DNA of 60,447 bases, the filler included, from Sphacelaria rigidula (taxonomy: Eukaryota), in assembly GCA_964200075.2 (NCBI GenBank). It is 10 parts of 10 records of this genome, joined end to end, with 100 filler letters (N's around TTAATTAATTAA, not from the genome) between each part and the next. Parts side by side here need not be neighbours in the genome. Positions count along the whole stretch, not along the records: positions 30,276 to 36,230 come from CAXNAA020023243.1; positions 36,331 to 42,285 come from CAXNAA020023244.1; positions 42,386 to 48,339 come from CAXNAA020023245.1; positions 48,440 to 54,393 come from CAXNAA020023246.1; 6 more parts are not named here. One strand, 5' to 3'. Position numbers and translations under genes: made by a program. Below the pieces are notes generated by a model. The model ran no database searches. It saw nothing but the letters and a program-made list of their open reading frames with translations, and had not been told where the DNA came from. Below are positions 36,147 to 48,676 of this stretch, piece by piece (within the stretch, counting starts at the first letter, position 1; the number at the start of each line of letters is the position of its first letter).

Positions 36147-36230
36147 GGGTGCAGCAGCCCCTGCGGCACGAAGCATGGAAGGGAATGAAGATCTTCTTCC
36201 CTGCTTCGTGCCGCAGGGGCTGCTGCATCC
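36147..36230 (+). other. Near-perfect 84-nt hairpin (pre-miRNA-like or palindromic repeat)
   Basis: 40-position stem with 35 Watson-Crick pairs, 3 G-U pairs and 2 mismatches, closed by a GAAG loop. It runs to the contig end. Confidence 0.85.
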
Positions 36231-36942
36231 NNNNNNNNNNNNNNNNNNNNNNNNNNNNNNNNNNNNNNNNNNNNTTAATTAATTAANNNNNNNNNNNNNN
36301 NNNNNNNNNNNNNNNNNNNNNNNNNNNNNNCGATTCTAGACGCACAAGAATATGGGTCAGGGCATCCTCGTTTGCAGATTAATTCGGAATATCCCCAGCA
36401 CATTGCAATAGTAATCCTATCGTACCCTCGCATGTTTTCATAAGTCGTGTTTGGATGAGATGAAGGGCTCCTGACATTTCTGACCTCAAAAAATATTTGT
36501 ATATCCCTACCGTAGCATCACTCCCTATTGCGACTATTTGACCATATGTTGTCCTGGGTGTGGAAGATTTCACCTTCCGCCGGTGGATACCGGCGGTTGC
36601 AACTGTTCTTACGCTCCTCATTGAAGCTGATGTGGTGGACATTTCCACGAGGCTGGATCCTCAGTCAAGGACCTACAAGCAATGAAAGCAACATTGTGTT
36701 AGTCGACTGAGTTTGCGGTAGCAACAGCAGAAAGCAGCAGCAGCTCGAAGATAAAAAGCAGTCACCGCGCAAAACGATTCTCGATTAAAGAGGAAAACCA
36801 CGCAGGCTGTCTCCGACTTCACAACAGAGAATAAAACTGGATAGCTATCATAGATGTCACGTCACTCTACACTTTACAGCTACGGATTACTCAAACCCCC
36901 TCTGGTTAAAACAACGGTTATGTAGGGTATGCCCTTTTATAC

Positions 36943-37089
36943 CTGTACATAGTCGTCAGCCTTGCTGAAGCAGTAGACGTGTACCATCGGCGGGGACGAA
37001 AATCCGCGGTCTCCCCACTTGACATCCCGGAATACATCTAGGAACTCCAGGGCGGAGTTGGGTAGGTTCAAGATTGCATGATGGAAAAC
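36943..37089 (-). CDS. TRMT5: tRNA (guanine-37-N1)-methyltransferase TRM5, third visible exon (VFHHAILNLPNSALEFLDVFRDVKWGDRGFSSPPMVHVYCFSKADDYVQ)
   Basis: Boundaries cag|GTT ... CAG|gtataa, 147 nt, phase 0/0. Contains the hallmark NLP..A.EFLD and P.VH.YCFSK motifs. Not in the ORF track. Confidence 0.93.
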
Positions 37090-38810
37090 CTGTTGGAACA
37101 TGACAGTTGGGGACGGAAAGAATTATCCCGTAAGGGATTGGATAATGGCTCTTTTCGCGAACATTCTGTTTTCACTACTATTACCACTATATGAGATAGG
37201 TAGGCTTCTCGTTTCACATGAAAAATAAGTCATTATATTATTGTGTTCGTCACATTCGCTCGATCTCTCGAACCCGTGGTCACAGAGTGCAAGGAGCGTA
37301 CCACCCATACCCATAAACTAAACAGCCCGCAGGGGAAGGCAAGAAACAAGACATCTACACGACAAAGGGCACCTACACTACAATAGATCCGTACAAGACC
37401 GATTGGGCTACAGGAGACCTGGAATCTGAAGAGTCCCCGCGTGTGACCCCTCCGACTACCTTGCCACGCAATGGTGTATACACAGAGTAGTAACGGTGAG
37501 TAAGCCGGTAATCGAAACTGTCGCATAGAACAGAGACCAATCCCAAAATAGATATACTGTCTATCAATAGTGTGCTGTTCAAAGAGATTCTCTACAGAGC
37601 CTGCGCACCGGAGGGTGAACAACGCTAGATAAAAAGATTCAAAAATAATGAAAAAAAAATAATGAAAATGGACGAGCCGATGGCAACGAGGAGGGGAAGC
37701 GAGTAGATATGATCTCCCTCGGGTTCTGGTCAAGTAGCATCGTCATGGAAACACGACAGATGGGGGGGGCATATCTGGCCTACACACTGCAGAGCGCTAT
37801 CAACAAGAATCAGAATCTATTCAGTCCAACCATAAAAACATGGGATGCCACCTGTGTGTAAATCGTTCCACGTAAAAAAGAAGGAGGGTACATATATGAG
37901 TCAGACCACAGATACGGCATCAAACACGATGAAAGCAGACACGCCCTGGGAAAAGACACGATTATCGCGCTCGAACAGTCCGTATCCACCGTGTCGATAG
38001 TCTTTTCAGATGAGTTCGTTTCGGTGAGAGCACACAAACGTTTTAGAATGCAGTTGTTCGATGACTATACGGGCGTTAATTTTTTTTGTGCAAAAATTGC
38101 TCACTCTCGTTTTTTTTCAAGTGCGTGAATGGAAAATAGCACTTCGCAGAACAGAGGTGTGCACGTGTGAGTGTGTTTTGTGTTTCAATACCACTCATTC
38201 ATTTTTAGACAAACGAGAGCATGAATACAAATTGAGACTCCCCCGATTCACAGATCGAACAACCGCAGGAGGGACTTTCAAACGAACCAATCCCCTCCCC
38301 CTTTCCCCATCAACTGGTAAAATACACAAGCTCCTCGTCGCCAAACATGAAAAACGAAAAAATAAACAACATTTCAGCTGCCTTGTTGAACATTAGTCAA
38401 TACCTAGGCTACCGTCACCCCTGAGCGAGGTGATTATCTCGGACGGTTCCGTAGATACAGACCCTCTTCGTCGGCAAGTCGACAAACGAGTCGGAAAAGG
38501 CAAGAAAAGACTGATGCCGAGATTGCCCCCCCACAAAAAACGCACCGGAGACCGTCCGACAAACCGGCTACGATCCCACTATTGGGCTCGTTTGCAGCAA
38601 TTTCGCCCACATGAGAGACGTGTAGCAGTCCGAAATCAGCTACAACGCCCAGATGAGTCGCGTCGAGCAGCACGAAACCAGCTCTAACGGCAGTTATGAC
38701 CATCGCCTCCGTGCACTTATTTGGCGGGTTTGGGGGGGGGGCTATCTCGGCAGCAGACAAAATTGAAATCCGTTCTCATTGACAGGAAACACGACAACTC
38801 CCGCTCCCAC

Positions 38811-38913
38811 CTGGCCATCCGATATTAAACGCCGCGCGAATTCACGTCCGCAGGTATTGCTCGTGGTTAGTCGCCTTCCGCATTTATTTCTCGCTCCGTT
38901 ATTTGTCAGTGCC
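38811..38913 (-). CDS. TRMT5: TRM5, second visible exon ((R)ALTNNGARNKCGRRLTTSNTCGREFARRLISDGQ)
   Basis: Boundaries aaag|G ... CAG|gtggga, 103 nt, phase 2/0, in frame with both neighbours. Fits the L..N...NK......N..GREF pattern. Confidence 0.88.
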
Positions 38914-39224
38914 CTTTGGTTTGTGGACCAGGGATGCACAAGTATCAAAAGAAGAAGAAAAGAAGGCACCGGGTTATTTTTTTGCTGCACGAGTAACTAG
39001 CCGCTTGTTCTCTTTTTTCTGTTGCCATCCACCCGTTTTTGTCGACTGTCTAGTGACTACGGCATGCGAGGTCACGAGTGCTTCCCCCGTTCTGCCGAGA
39101 TTTGATTTCCTTTAGCGAGTGTTGACGCTTACCGCAGTCAACTTCGGTACTCGTATATTTTACTTGTGGTCACCGCTGGACTCGCCGGCCGGCTGATGAG
39201 TAAAAGATACGATACCGTACAAGT

Positions 39225-39720
39225 GCGTGTCGTCGCACAGAGTGCGATCGCTTTTCCAGATCATCTCTCGCTTGCTTCTTTTTATCGCACCCCTGTGCGA
39301 AAAACTCCGGACTGTGCTACGACTCCGACGGGTGCGATTCTGCAAATACCACACCACCAGCGACAGCGGTACTTTAACCTCACCGGTGTGTGATAACTCC
39401 GACACATGCGAATCCCAACGAATCACACCCCCGACGATACTGATGTTCTCAACACCCCTGTGTGATAGCTCCGATGCGTGCGATACTAAATAGGTATAAA
39501 CCCCGAGTCCATACGCGACAGCATGCAATCTCACGCCCGAAAGTGCGGGTCTTGGTCGGAGTAATCGACCCCCTGTGCGATGACTCCGACCTCCGTGAGG
39601 AGACCAGAATAAATCATTCCTCACTTCGATTTTTCATCACACAGGGGTGCGATAACCCTGTCCTGTGCGATCACTCCGACCTGTATGATCACTCCGATCT
39701 TTGCGATCACTCATACCTTC
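39225..39720. repeat. Intronic element with the reiterated motif CTGTG(C/T)GATNACTCCGAC
   Basis: At least seven degenerate copies, irregularly spaced, with some inverted; resembles transposon subterminal repeats. Confidence 0.65.
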
Positions 39721-40150
39721 ACGGGAATCAATCAGACCAATCGATTGATTCGGGACTGTGTCTCGTCCCTCGCCATTTTTGCAGTCCACTCAAATTTTTG
39801 CGCTGTGGCAGAATACGTTCTGGGGGAGTTGGGGTAATGTTACACATGCGACGTATGAGGGCAAACATCCGAAAGGAGCACTGCGTACCGTTGTCTACTC
39901 AACAAGGACAGGATAAACTCAATTGCCATAATCAGAATACGTTCTGTGGGAGCTGTACCCTAGGGAGAACCACCCGTAGCCACCTGAAAACCACGTGTAC
40001 CTGATACCGTCTGGGGAAAACACCTTGGTACCTGAAGCCCTCACTGCTAAGATACGCACTGGGTATCTTGGTCATCCGGAAGACCCGTTGTCTCGAAAAA
40101 CAGGTATCGAATACGACCATGACATTGCCGTGGTGACCGCTCAAACCCCT

Positions 40151-40439
40151 TTTTTTTTGTCGCACTCTGAACCACTCCCCTTCCTCGGGACGAGCCCGTG
40201 GTCTCATCTCTCCCCGGTACTCGCCTTGCATTTTGGTCTCGCAGATTGGGTCAGCACTACTGCGGGACCGCGTCAACTCACGTCAAACGAATACAGTCCA
40301 CTACCTTGTTTACTCCCGCTCTCACGCTTTCCACGGTGGGAATCAGATACTACGAAGAAGAAAGCCAACGCATCGGGAATCGAACCCTTGTTTTTTCCAC
40401 CCTTATAGCGACAGTCGGACCATTACACCACCGGGGCGC
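40151..40439 (-). mobile_element. tRNA-derived SINE family 2 in a TRM5 intron
   Basis: A-box TGGTGTAATGG, B-box GGTTCGATTCCC and an A-tail. Aligns to 14209-14520. Confidence 0.8.
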
Positions 40440-40679
40440 AATAGAAATAGTATACCTGAAAATGTCCGTTGAGAATACTCTCACTAGGGTATGTACCTTT
40501 TTCAGGGCCCACCTGTTCAACATACCGAACATTTTCATGGGAACTACCCTCACCGGGACCACCGAAGCTGAAGACATCCAGAGTACCCGAAATTGTCCGT
40601 CAAGAACCGTTGCATCAAGGTTACGTCTACTTTTTCGAGGTCCTTCTGCTCAATGTCCTGAGCCTGAAAGCCAGTGTAC

Positions 40680-40846
40680 CTGAAACTGTCCGGGTTGAGA
40701 TCATTCGCGAAGACGCGGTGGCCTTGCTTGGCCAGCGGTACTGCAAACGGCCCCACACCGGCCATCATATCGCATACCACAGTGTCCGATGCCTTACCCA
40801 TCGGATTCGAGCGCGAAATTATTCCGATTAGCCTCGCGTGCTCCGC
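40680..40846 (-). CDS. TRMT5: TRM5, first visible exon ([55 protein letters not shown](R))
   Basis: Boundaries cag|GCG ... CAG|gtacac, 167 nt, phase 0/2. Contains EH.RL, SAM motif [11 protein letters not shown] and ANDLNP.S. Confidence 0.95.
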
Positions 40847-40907
40847 CTGCCCTCCAGTGTTTGCAGGAAAACAGCGAAGATAACGACAACAACAGCGACA
40901 GGATCAA

Positions 40908-40908
40908 T

Positions 40909-40953
<45 letters not shown>
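40908..40953. repeat. (CAA)n microsatellite
   Basis: About 15 units, in the intron upstream of the TRM5 acceptor. Confidence 0.95.
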
Positions 40954-40954
<1 letters not shown>

Positions 40955-41571
40955 GTGCGAAACACAGGATAAACAACAAAATTATTATATTTCGCGGGCG
41001 TGTTCCGTAGATGGAAGGGAATAGGGCAGAGAAAGGAACGTAAGTTCAATTTGCTTGGTAGATAGATGCAGAACGCAAGACAGCAACGCAGATTAAAAAA
41101 ATAGACCGAACACGAACAGTCGAGAACACGTATTGACTGAATGCTGCGGTACGCTTAGAGAGACCAAATCGTCTACGCGTGGTACGGGGCGGGGGAAGAA
41201 ACGGATCTTCATGTCGCTTGATTATCATTATTACTACTACTACTATCATTTCCGCACATGAGTCCGATCTCTCGAACCCGTGGTCACAGACGTAGGCTCG
41301 TCTTTTCAATACCGTCCCTGCTTTTACTTACAAGACATGGAGCCCTCTATCATTTTTTTCAGACTCCAGGCAAATTACAACACAAACGCAATCAGCCAAA
41401 ACATCATCAAAAATGGAAATAAGAGAGACGCCAAGGAAAGCATGAGAAGATAGACAGGCCATACGACGGCCGTAAAAAGAGACGGACGTAGCACACGCTG
41501 TCAAGCAAGGTTCGAGTGACTGCTGCGGCACACAGACACCAACGTTGGTCTTTGCGTGCCTGACTGACTGA

Positions 41572-41753
41572 GGGCGTGTCTCAGCGCATAATTCATCGAT
41601 TGAAAAAGTGCGGCGGGAACGAAAACATTTATGATCTGATGACAGGCCGTTTCGACATAAAATGACGTGGACACAAATGACGGTCTATCAGATCTGAGCT
41701 ATTCTTCCCCGCTGTACCTTTTCGATCGGAAAGCAATTTGCCAAGACACGGCC
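41572..41753. mobile_element. PIF/Harbinger-type MITE
   Basis: Ends GGGCGTGTCTCAGC ... GCCAAGACACGGCC with TSD TGA/TGA. Confidence 0.75.
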
Positions 41754-42025
41754 TGACTGCCTGACTGATACTTGACAAATTATTTTAAGAGCCCTGACTA
41801 ATAGGCATACATTTCAAAAGTGTTGACGGCTCCCTATCTTGACGTCAAAATTTCACACTGACCGGTGAGGAGGGGGAAAACACGCAATTTAATCCCGCCC
41901 AGTGGAGGGGGTGGGGGGGGGGGGGGGGGGACACATTTGTTGCTTGGCCTAGGCATTTAACCATTGCCCACGCTTCCCTTNNNNNNNNNNTCGCCCTCAT
42001 GTGGGAGCGCCCGGTTGAGGGGTGG

Positions 42026-42223
42026 ATGCGTACTCATTTGTTGCTTGCCTTAGTCATTTGACCATTGACCACGCATACCTTTCGAGACGGAGCACCGTTC
42101 CTACTCCTCCCCGAGACACGTCAAACATGCGGATGCTCGATACGTTTCTTCCATACATAACACCCAAAAAATCACAGGTCTCATTGTCTTCCTGTTTCGC
42201 GGTCTATGGCCATCTATCTCCTA
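42026..42223 (-). mobile_element. 5'-truncated LINE tail copy (an older partial copy lies at 41905-41980)
   Basis: Homologous to 3445-3650 and flanked by GAGGGGTGG / GAGGGGGTGG. Confidence 0.85.
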
Positions 42224-43179
42224 GAGGGGGTGGGGGGGGTGTACTCATGATCATGCTTGCCATAGTCACAAGACCATTGACCTCGNNNNNNNNNNNNNNN
42301 NNNNNNNNNNNNNNNNNNNNNNNNNNNNNTTAATTAATTAANNNNNNNNNNNNNNNNNNNNNNNNNNNNNNNNNNNNNNNNNNNNCGAGGTCAACGGTCT
42401 GATGACTATGGCATGCATGATCATGAGTACACCACCCCCCCCGCCTCTCTCTCTTAACCCCGCCTCTTCGGTACAATTCTGCGCTCTCATGGGATGGATC
42501 CTTCCCTCTCATGGTTTGTATTCTCTTTCTTTATAGTACATACACTGTGTTATTCCGTTGTCTCCTCTTACTCGTATATTTCCCCTCTCTCGAGTTCGTT
42601 GCCTTTGACAGGTGTTTTTCTCCCCTGTATGTTCACCTTGGGTTCTGGTACGAGTACTCACGTAGGTTCATCTCGTATCTAGTGGCCACGGCTGTATTCG
42701 TAGCGGAATACTCGGACCTGCGACAGTCAAATCGAATGGAATCAAATCATATCAAACCAGATGAGTAATCAAACATTGGATCTCACAAGTTGAGGAGATA
42801 TATATTTTTCTTCTTTCTGAGGATTAATGAGCCTAGAGAAGCTGTAAAGAAAAGAAATGCAAATGCACCCTCTGGTCGGGATGTGTGGGCTCGCCCACTT
42901 TCAAAACTAGTGAATCCACCCGCAATTTTTTCACTCCAGGGTCGACAGAGGATTCCAACAAACACGAACATTTCTCTTGTATGGGGAAGAACTGATTACC
43001 AAATTGTTCGGTATGTACACGGAGTTTCACAAATTACGGGTGGATTTTTTTGTGGATGAGCGATAGCACACATCTCGGCCGGAAAGGGCATTTGCATGTT
43101 TTCTCAGAAATTATCTCGATGCTTTTGAAGGTTCCCAAGGCTCACCCTGAAAAAAAATATTTCCGCAATTTGTAAAATC

Positions 43180-44410
43180 CAATATATATTTGGCGGACTT
43201 TACACGAGGGAACCGACGGTCACAATACATACTGGTGTAGCAACATATATTGATCCAAGTAGATTGGACAGTATATTGTAATTAGTATGGTGGGCAGTTT
43301 TATGTTAGCGGGTGCCGTTGAAAGATGTATTACGAGATGCCGAAAACGCTCAATTTATTCACCCGCGAGCGTGTCCAATATATGTCGGCTGGACAATAGC
43401 TATGCGATGAGCGTGCTCGAGAAGTATTAGAAAAACAACACTTTTGCATGGTTTGTGTTTAATATACTGAATTATGGTAACAATATGTTACGCATCGCTT
43501 CGACTCAGCATGTATTGACACTTCAATACATACGCGACCGGCATCCACAATATATGTATACATATTTATATATATTGAATGTTTTGTTCCCCGAGCAAAT
43601 GCATGTTCAACATATTTTGTCATGCATTACTTCACGATCATGGCACGACAAATATATATTGTTGCTTCAATGACTCTGAGGGCATCTCAACACAAAATAT
43701 AAGCACAATATTTGCGCTGTCTCCAATACAAAGTATTGGTATCGTATTGGAACATATTGCATTGTTCAGGTTATAAGCAAAACAGCACCGGTGGCCAGAG
43801 GGGTACCAAAAGACACATATCGACCCGCGTTTTCTGCCGTCGTACTGCTTAGCCAAGATATATTACATGCTGTGAAGGGGATGGGCCGCACCGCACCGGT
43901 GGCCAGATAGGTATCAGAAGGCATATATTCCGGGTCGCCTCTTCCGTCATCATATTTTCTGGCCAATATGTATGTATCAGACGCATTTGACAACTCCCCG
44001 TAGCAATGCACGCGAACTTCTGCGGCTCCTTTTTACAATAGGCCTTTCCCAAAGCGTATAGCACACTTGTAATATCCAATATATATATTGACCGACCAAT
44101 ACATTGGCACCCACGCGGCCCCAATATATATTGAACGGTGAAAATTTTATCACCAATGTGACCCCAATATACATCGGTCGTGCAATATGTTGTCGCCCAC
44201 ACTGCCCGAATATATATATATATATATATTGATGGGACAATATGCGTGTATTCCCACGACATCAGTATAAATTGGGCGCGCAATATGTGTTCAGTCCAAC
44301 GGTACCCATCCATACATTACGCCGGCATATATTGGAAACATATTATATTATCCAGGGTGTGTATTATGGTAATATTATTACTATCAATCGTATTGGTAGT
44401 ATTGGAGAGT
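43180..44410. repeat. AT-rich region built from CAATAT/ATATTG motifs in both orientations
   Basis: Dozens of CAATATA/TATATTG motifs; probably a decayed non-autonomous DNA element. Confidence 0.5.
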
Positions 44411-44668
44411 TTCGGAAGATGTTTTTTCTCGTCATGGAGTCAGAGTGAAAGAACTTCAGATTGAACGCTTTCGAAAGTTCAGAATTGACGCTGAAAAGTC
44501 CATAGCGAGAGCTGATGTGACGTCGCTTGGCGTGGATTTTTGTTGTCACAGTGATCGGCCGCAGGTTGCCCCGCCAAATGTGCAATCTACCAGCGTCCAG
44601 TTCGAAAATGCATAGGTCAGCACAGCACAGACTGCACAAAGCGGTAGCGAGTCTGTGTTGTACTCTCC

Positions 44669-44931
44669 CACGGGTCGGACGAATGAATGCTTCGTCTGGA
44701 AATTACGTGATTCTAATGTAATTGATTCGTACCGTACGAATCAATCTTTAGGCTTTGTTTTCGGCGTCGCAACCCAGGTACGCGCAGCCCAGGCACGTAA
44801 AATTGGAGCAAAGGTTACGTGAAGACCTGTTTGACTAGCGGTCGACTTTTTCTCTCTCTTTCGAGCAGTCAGGCCTGAGAAGTCGTGGATTTGGTGATTC
44901 GAACAACCGGCGATGATTCCTCCGAACCGTG
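44669..44931 (+). mobile_element. MITE family B copy
   Basis: CACGGGTCGGACGAAT ... TCCGAACCGTG, collinear with 15391-15645. Confidence 0.8.
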
Positions 44932-45418
44932 GACCATTCCCTGCGGCACCGTACAGTACCGTACACTACTCTTCACTGCACTTGCACTACTTCATCGCCC
45001 TACAGTGGTGCACTACAGGGGACCTGTAGGACTTCAGTGCTGTGCGGTACAGAGTACAGATGGTGCAATACAGACGCCTACAGCAGTACATGGCGGTGCG
45101 TGGTGGAGTACGGCGATATCGTACAGAGGGTACAGTAGTACGGCAGCACTTTGAACAAAAAAGCAGCGTTGCAATGGATAGTTCAGGCGCCCAGTACTGT
45201 ACTGACTGATAGTATAACTTCTCTAGTTTGACCCCATTTTCCTCTGTCATGTAGTTTTTTTTTTTTGTCAGTCACTTCCCAAAACCTCATATTTATATTT
45301 CCCCTCCTCCCTGCCTCCCTCACCCAACTGCCTCCCTCACCCAACTGCATCCTTTTCCCACTTCAATCAATCCCCAAACACATCCAATCCGTCGGTCCAA
45401 AATGTACCATCACGTCAG

Positions 45419-45597
45419 ATATTGATGTGTCCACCGTGAAGCGCGAAGCTCGATCGATTTTGCGCGGTCACGGAGATGGACTTGGCTCGTCCGCCGCCCC
45501 GGACGTGTACAGCGTGATGTTTCACTCCGGAGATGCCCACGTGATCACCGCCGGGCATGATCGAACCGTCAGGCTGTACGATGTGGAAACCAGTCAC
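45419..45597 (+). CDS. WD40-repeat protein, first visible exon
   Basis: Boundaries cag|AT ... CAC|gtacgt. Encodes ILRGH...DVYSVMFHSGDAHVITAGHDRTVRLYDVETSH. The acceptor position is less certain than the donor. Confidence 0.85.
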
Positions 45598-45668
45598 GTA
45601 CGTCCGCGCAAAGCTGGTCTGTATTTTGGTCATGTTTGTGTTTTTCTTCGTGTTTGTCCTGGTGTCTT

Positions 45669-45842
45669 CGTAGTGTAGTGTAGTGTAGTGAAGTGTAGTG
45701 TGGTGTAGTGTAGTGTAGTGTTTGTAGTATACTCCGGAGTAGGTCACTGTAGGGTGAGCCTTTTTTGTCGTGTTCCTTGTACACCGGTGTCTATCGGTGT
45801 TTTTCAGCCTTCATGTGTAGTGTAGTGTAGCGTAGTGTAGTG
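45669..45842. repeat. (GTAGT)n pentamer microsatellite patches
   Basis: Patches at 45669-45728 and 45816-45842. Confidence 0.9.
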
Positions 45843-45994
45843 AAAGACGAGTTTGTTGTTCTCTCTTTTTTTATGCCGGTGGTCTTTTTTTTCTTATTTT
45901 TGGTATGTCGGTGGTACCGGGTTTTTCTTGTCGTTGTCTTTGTTTGGTGCTCTGTGTGTGTCCGGGCGTCTTTGTGCCTGGCTTGACAATATTG

Positions 45995-46167
45995 CACACC
46001 CTGAACAATACATGGTCGATAGATGCAATAGACAAGAAATATACTGGATAGAGTATAGGCTTATTGCAACTATTGTGATGCCACGACAATAGTTGCAACA
46101 GGCCTGTACTCCACCCAGTACATTTATTATCTATTGCATCTATTGACAATATATTGTCCAGGGCGTG
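45995..46167. mobile_element. hAT-type MITE family A (uninterrupted, palindromic) in the WD40 intron
   Basis: CACACCCTG...CAGGGCGTG with perfect 8-bp TSD CAATATTG. Confidence 0.9.
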
Positions 46168-46395
46168 CAATATTGTGGTCGTTGACGCTGTTGTTGTAGT
46201 AGTAGTTGCGGTTGATTCGTGCGTTAATTAAATAATTACTTGCTCAATGAACTAGTTTCTTTGGTTTCCCGTCCATGCTGATTTTATTCTTGCACGAAAT
46301 CGTTCGTTCTTCTTGTGTATTTGTAGGTCAGCCGTTCAAAATCTCCTCGACGTGATAATTCGCACCAAAATTAGCAACGAAAACGATAACAACAT

Positions 46396-46426
<31 letters not shown>

Positions 46427-46638
46427 AACAGCAGCAGTAGCAGCGACAACAACCCTTTCACACCTGACACAAATAGACAACGACACACAAACACCAGATG
46501 AACACAACTTATCTCGGGATGTGTTATTTTCCAGCCCGGACGTGCGATCAATGTACTTCCCGCGCACCCTCGGCGTGGACCTTGACGTACGAACACAACG
46601 CCCTCCTCTTTCTCGTTTATTTCTCTTTCCGCTTCCAG

Positions 46639-46781
46639 GAGGTGAAGGTGTTCGCGGGCCATGAAGCGGGTGTCCTGCACGCCGTGGGCAATCCCCACGG
46701 CAATCTTCTGTTGAGCGGGGGTAGGGATAGCGCCATCAAGTTTTGGGACGTGAGGAGCGGCGTGTGCGTCAAGACTCTCAG
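46639..46781 (+). CDS. WD40-repeat protein, second visible exon
   Basis: Boundaries ttccag|GAG ... CAG|gtgtgg. Encodes EVKVFAGHEAGVLHAVGNPHGNLLLSGGRDSAIKFWDVRSGVCVKTL and joins the previous exon in phase 0. Confidence 0.92.
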
Positions 46782-47469
46782 GTGTGGAGCATACTGGCAC
46801 CCGCGTATGCGCGTACGTGTCGTACTCCATGTGTGTGTTGTGCTTCATTGTGTGTGTCGTGCTCCATTGTGTGTGTCATGCTCCATGAGTGTGTCGTGCT
46901 TCTCGTGTCGTACTTCATATGTATTCATGCTCCGTGTGTATACTGTAAGTGTGCGTGTTTGTGCATGCTGTGCGTTCTTCTGTTCCGTTTTGATGGCGCA
47001 AGGAATCGCGTAGGTGACGGAGAATACAATCCGTTGTGTCTGTGTGTGTTCGGCTCACCCTCTCTGTCGTTCCTTCGATCAGTTTCGCTCTCTGAGAGTG
47101 ATTGACAGTACGCATCCTGTCGAAGTCTCCCGAAAGTCACGTCCATGCATGCGGCCCGTCCGTACAACACAGCTTCAACACAACTTCCGACACCTCTGCT
47201 TTGACCTGCTGGACTTTCTAGGATAGCTGGGCGTTTGGTCGATCGTAGAGTCGGGAGCTATACTTTCGGAGACGTGTCCACATCGCGCTGATGCGGCAGT
47301 CGATTTCGATGGATGTTTTCGCATCCGCACTGACAGCACCAAGGTAGACAGACTTGGTCGTCTGCTTATACCGCTGACCGGCCGCACTGATGTGCAGGGC
47401 GGTCTCTGCGGAGCGGGATACTAATCACAGGTGTATGGGCTCTGTCTTGATCTCCGATACCGTCAATCA

Positions 47470-48230
47470 GAACTTGTGGCAGCTCACCACTACCACCACC
47501 ATTACTCTTGCAAGGCCGTCGTCTGGGGTCCTCGAGACTACGCCGGTGTCATCCGCATAAAGCATTGCCCACACCGCGCGCCATACCTTCTCCAGCGATG
47601 TCCCTTCCAGAAGTCCACCATCGTTACCTTTTGGCGCATCATCTAGAAGAAACCAAGTCTGAGACGATGACTGGGTCCGCCGCGATCCGCTGTACGATGA
47701 CGTCGACCAAGGCTGCGCCGAAGATATTGAATAACAGCAGGGACGAAACGTAACCTCGTCTAGGTCTCTGGCAGACGTGGAACCACGCTGATAGTTCGCC
47801 ACTATCCGGCTGCACCCTAGCTGGCATGGCGTTGTGAAACATACGGTGATCTAGATCATTCGCGGCGGGACTACGAACCGGATAAGCACTTTTTCACAGG
47901 AGCGTGCGGTCTACTGAATCGTAGTCTTTCCGCACGTCGATGAAGCACATGTAGAGTGAAATATTGCTACCCCGTCCCAATTCCTGCAGCCGGCGAACCA
48001 CGAACATCATGTCTGTGGTTGATCGTTGGCGCCGGAGTCTGCTCGGGAAGAAATCTGTTTCCTCCCAGAAATTACCGACCCCGTTTTCCACTGGAACGTT
48101 TGCAGCATGTGCCACGAGTGAAATGCCCCCGTAGTTACCATACTCGGTCATGTCCTTCTTCTTGATCAGCACTTTGATCGTGACATCTTTCCACTCCTGC
48201 GGCACCTCGCTAGACAGACGTATATACCGC
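47470..48230 (-). pseudogene. LINE (RTE-like) reverse transcriptase fragment
   Basis: VPQEWKD, GNYGGISLV, RSTTDMMFVVRRLQE, YMCFIDVRKDYDSVDR, LLFNIF and MLYADD, with frameshifts. Confidence 0.92.
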
Positions 48231-48676
48231 AGCGATGATTCTGTGGGAATGGTGCAAAATCTCCGAACTTCCCCCAGCCCCCGCACCCAAAAACCTCACA
48301 CCCCCCTACCCCACCAAGCGCGAGCCAGCGACCACGCAANNNNNNNNNNNNNNNNNNNNNNNNNNNNNNNNNNNNNNNNNNNNTTAATTAATTAANNNNN
48401 NNNNNNNNNNNNNNNNNNNNNNNNNNNNNNNNNNNNNNNCAACAAGGAGTTGCTTTATTTTGTGGTATCGCCACTTCCAGAGACAGCCACGGCTTTCACA
48501 CTGCCTCATGGGTGGGGGGGGGGCTTGAAAGAAATGAAAACGAGCTTTGGAGCTTGACGCTTGTACATGTGCAGGTATGCATATGAACTTGAAGATTCTA
48601 GGTTCAAGATCACCCAAGAGCTCATTATAACTATTTGCTCGTCGGATTGCTGACTCCTCTACTCAAGTCGTTCATC

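Noticed and set aside
36696..37024. Apparent solo LTR (TG...CA ends, TATA-like GGTATAAAAG)
   Set aside because: No TSD. The segment overlaps a clear TRM5 exon and the TATA-like motif is its splice donor gtataa.
39225..39720. Short conserved motif with variable spacing, CRISPR-like
   Set aside because: Spacing is irregular, copies are degenerate and partly inverted, and the region lies inside a TRM5 intron.
40550..40801. ORF-track protein MGKASDT... as a complete gene
   Set aside because: Only 40680-40846 is exon; the ORF reads through the donor into the intron.
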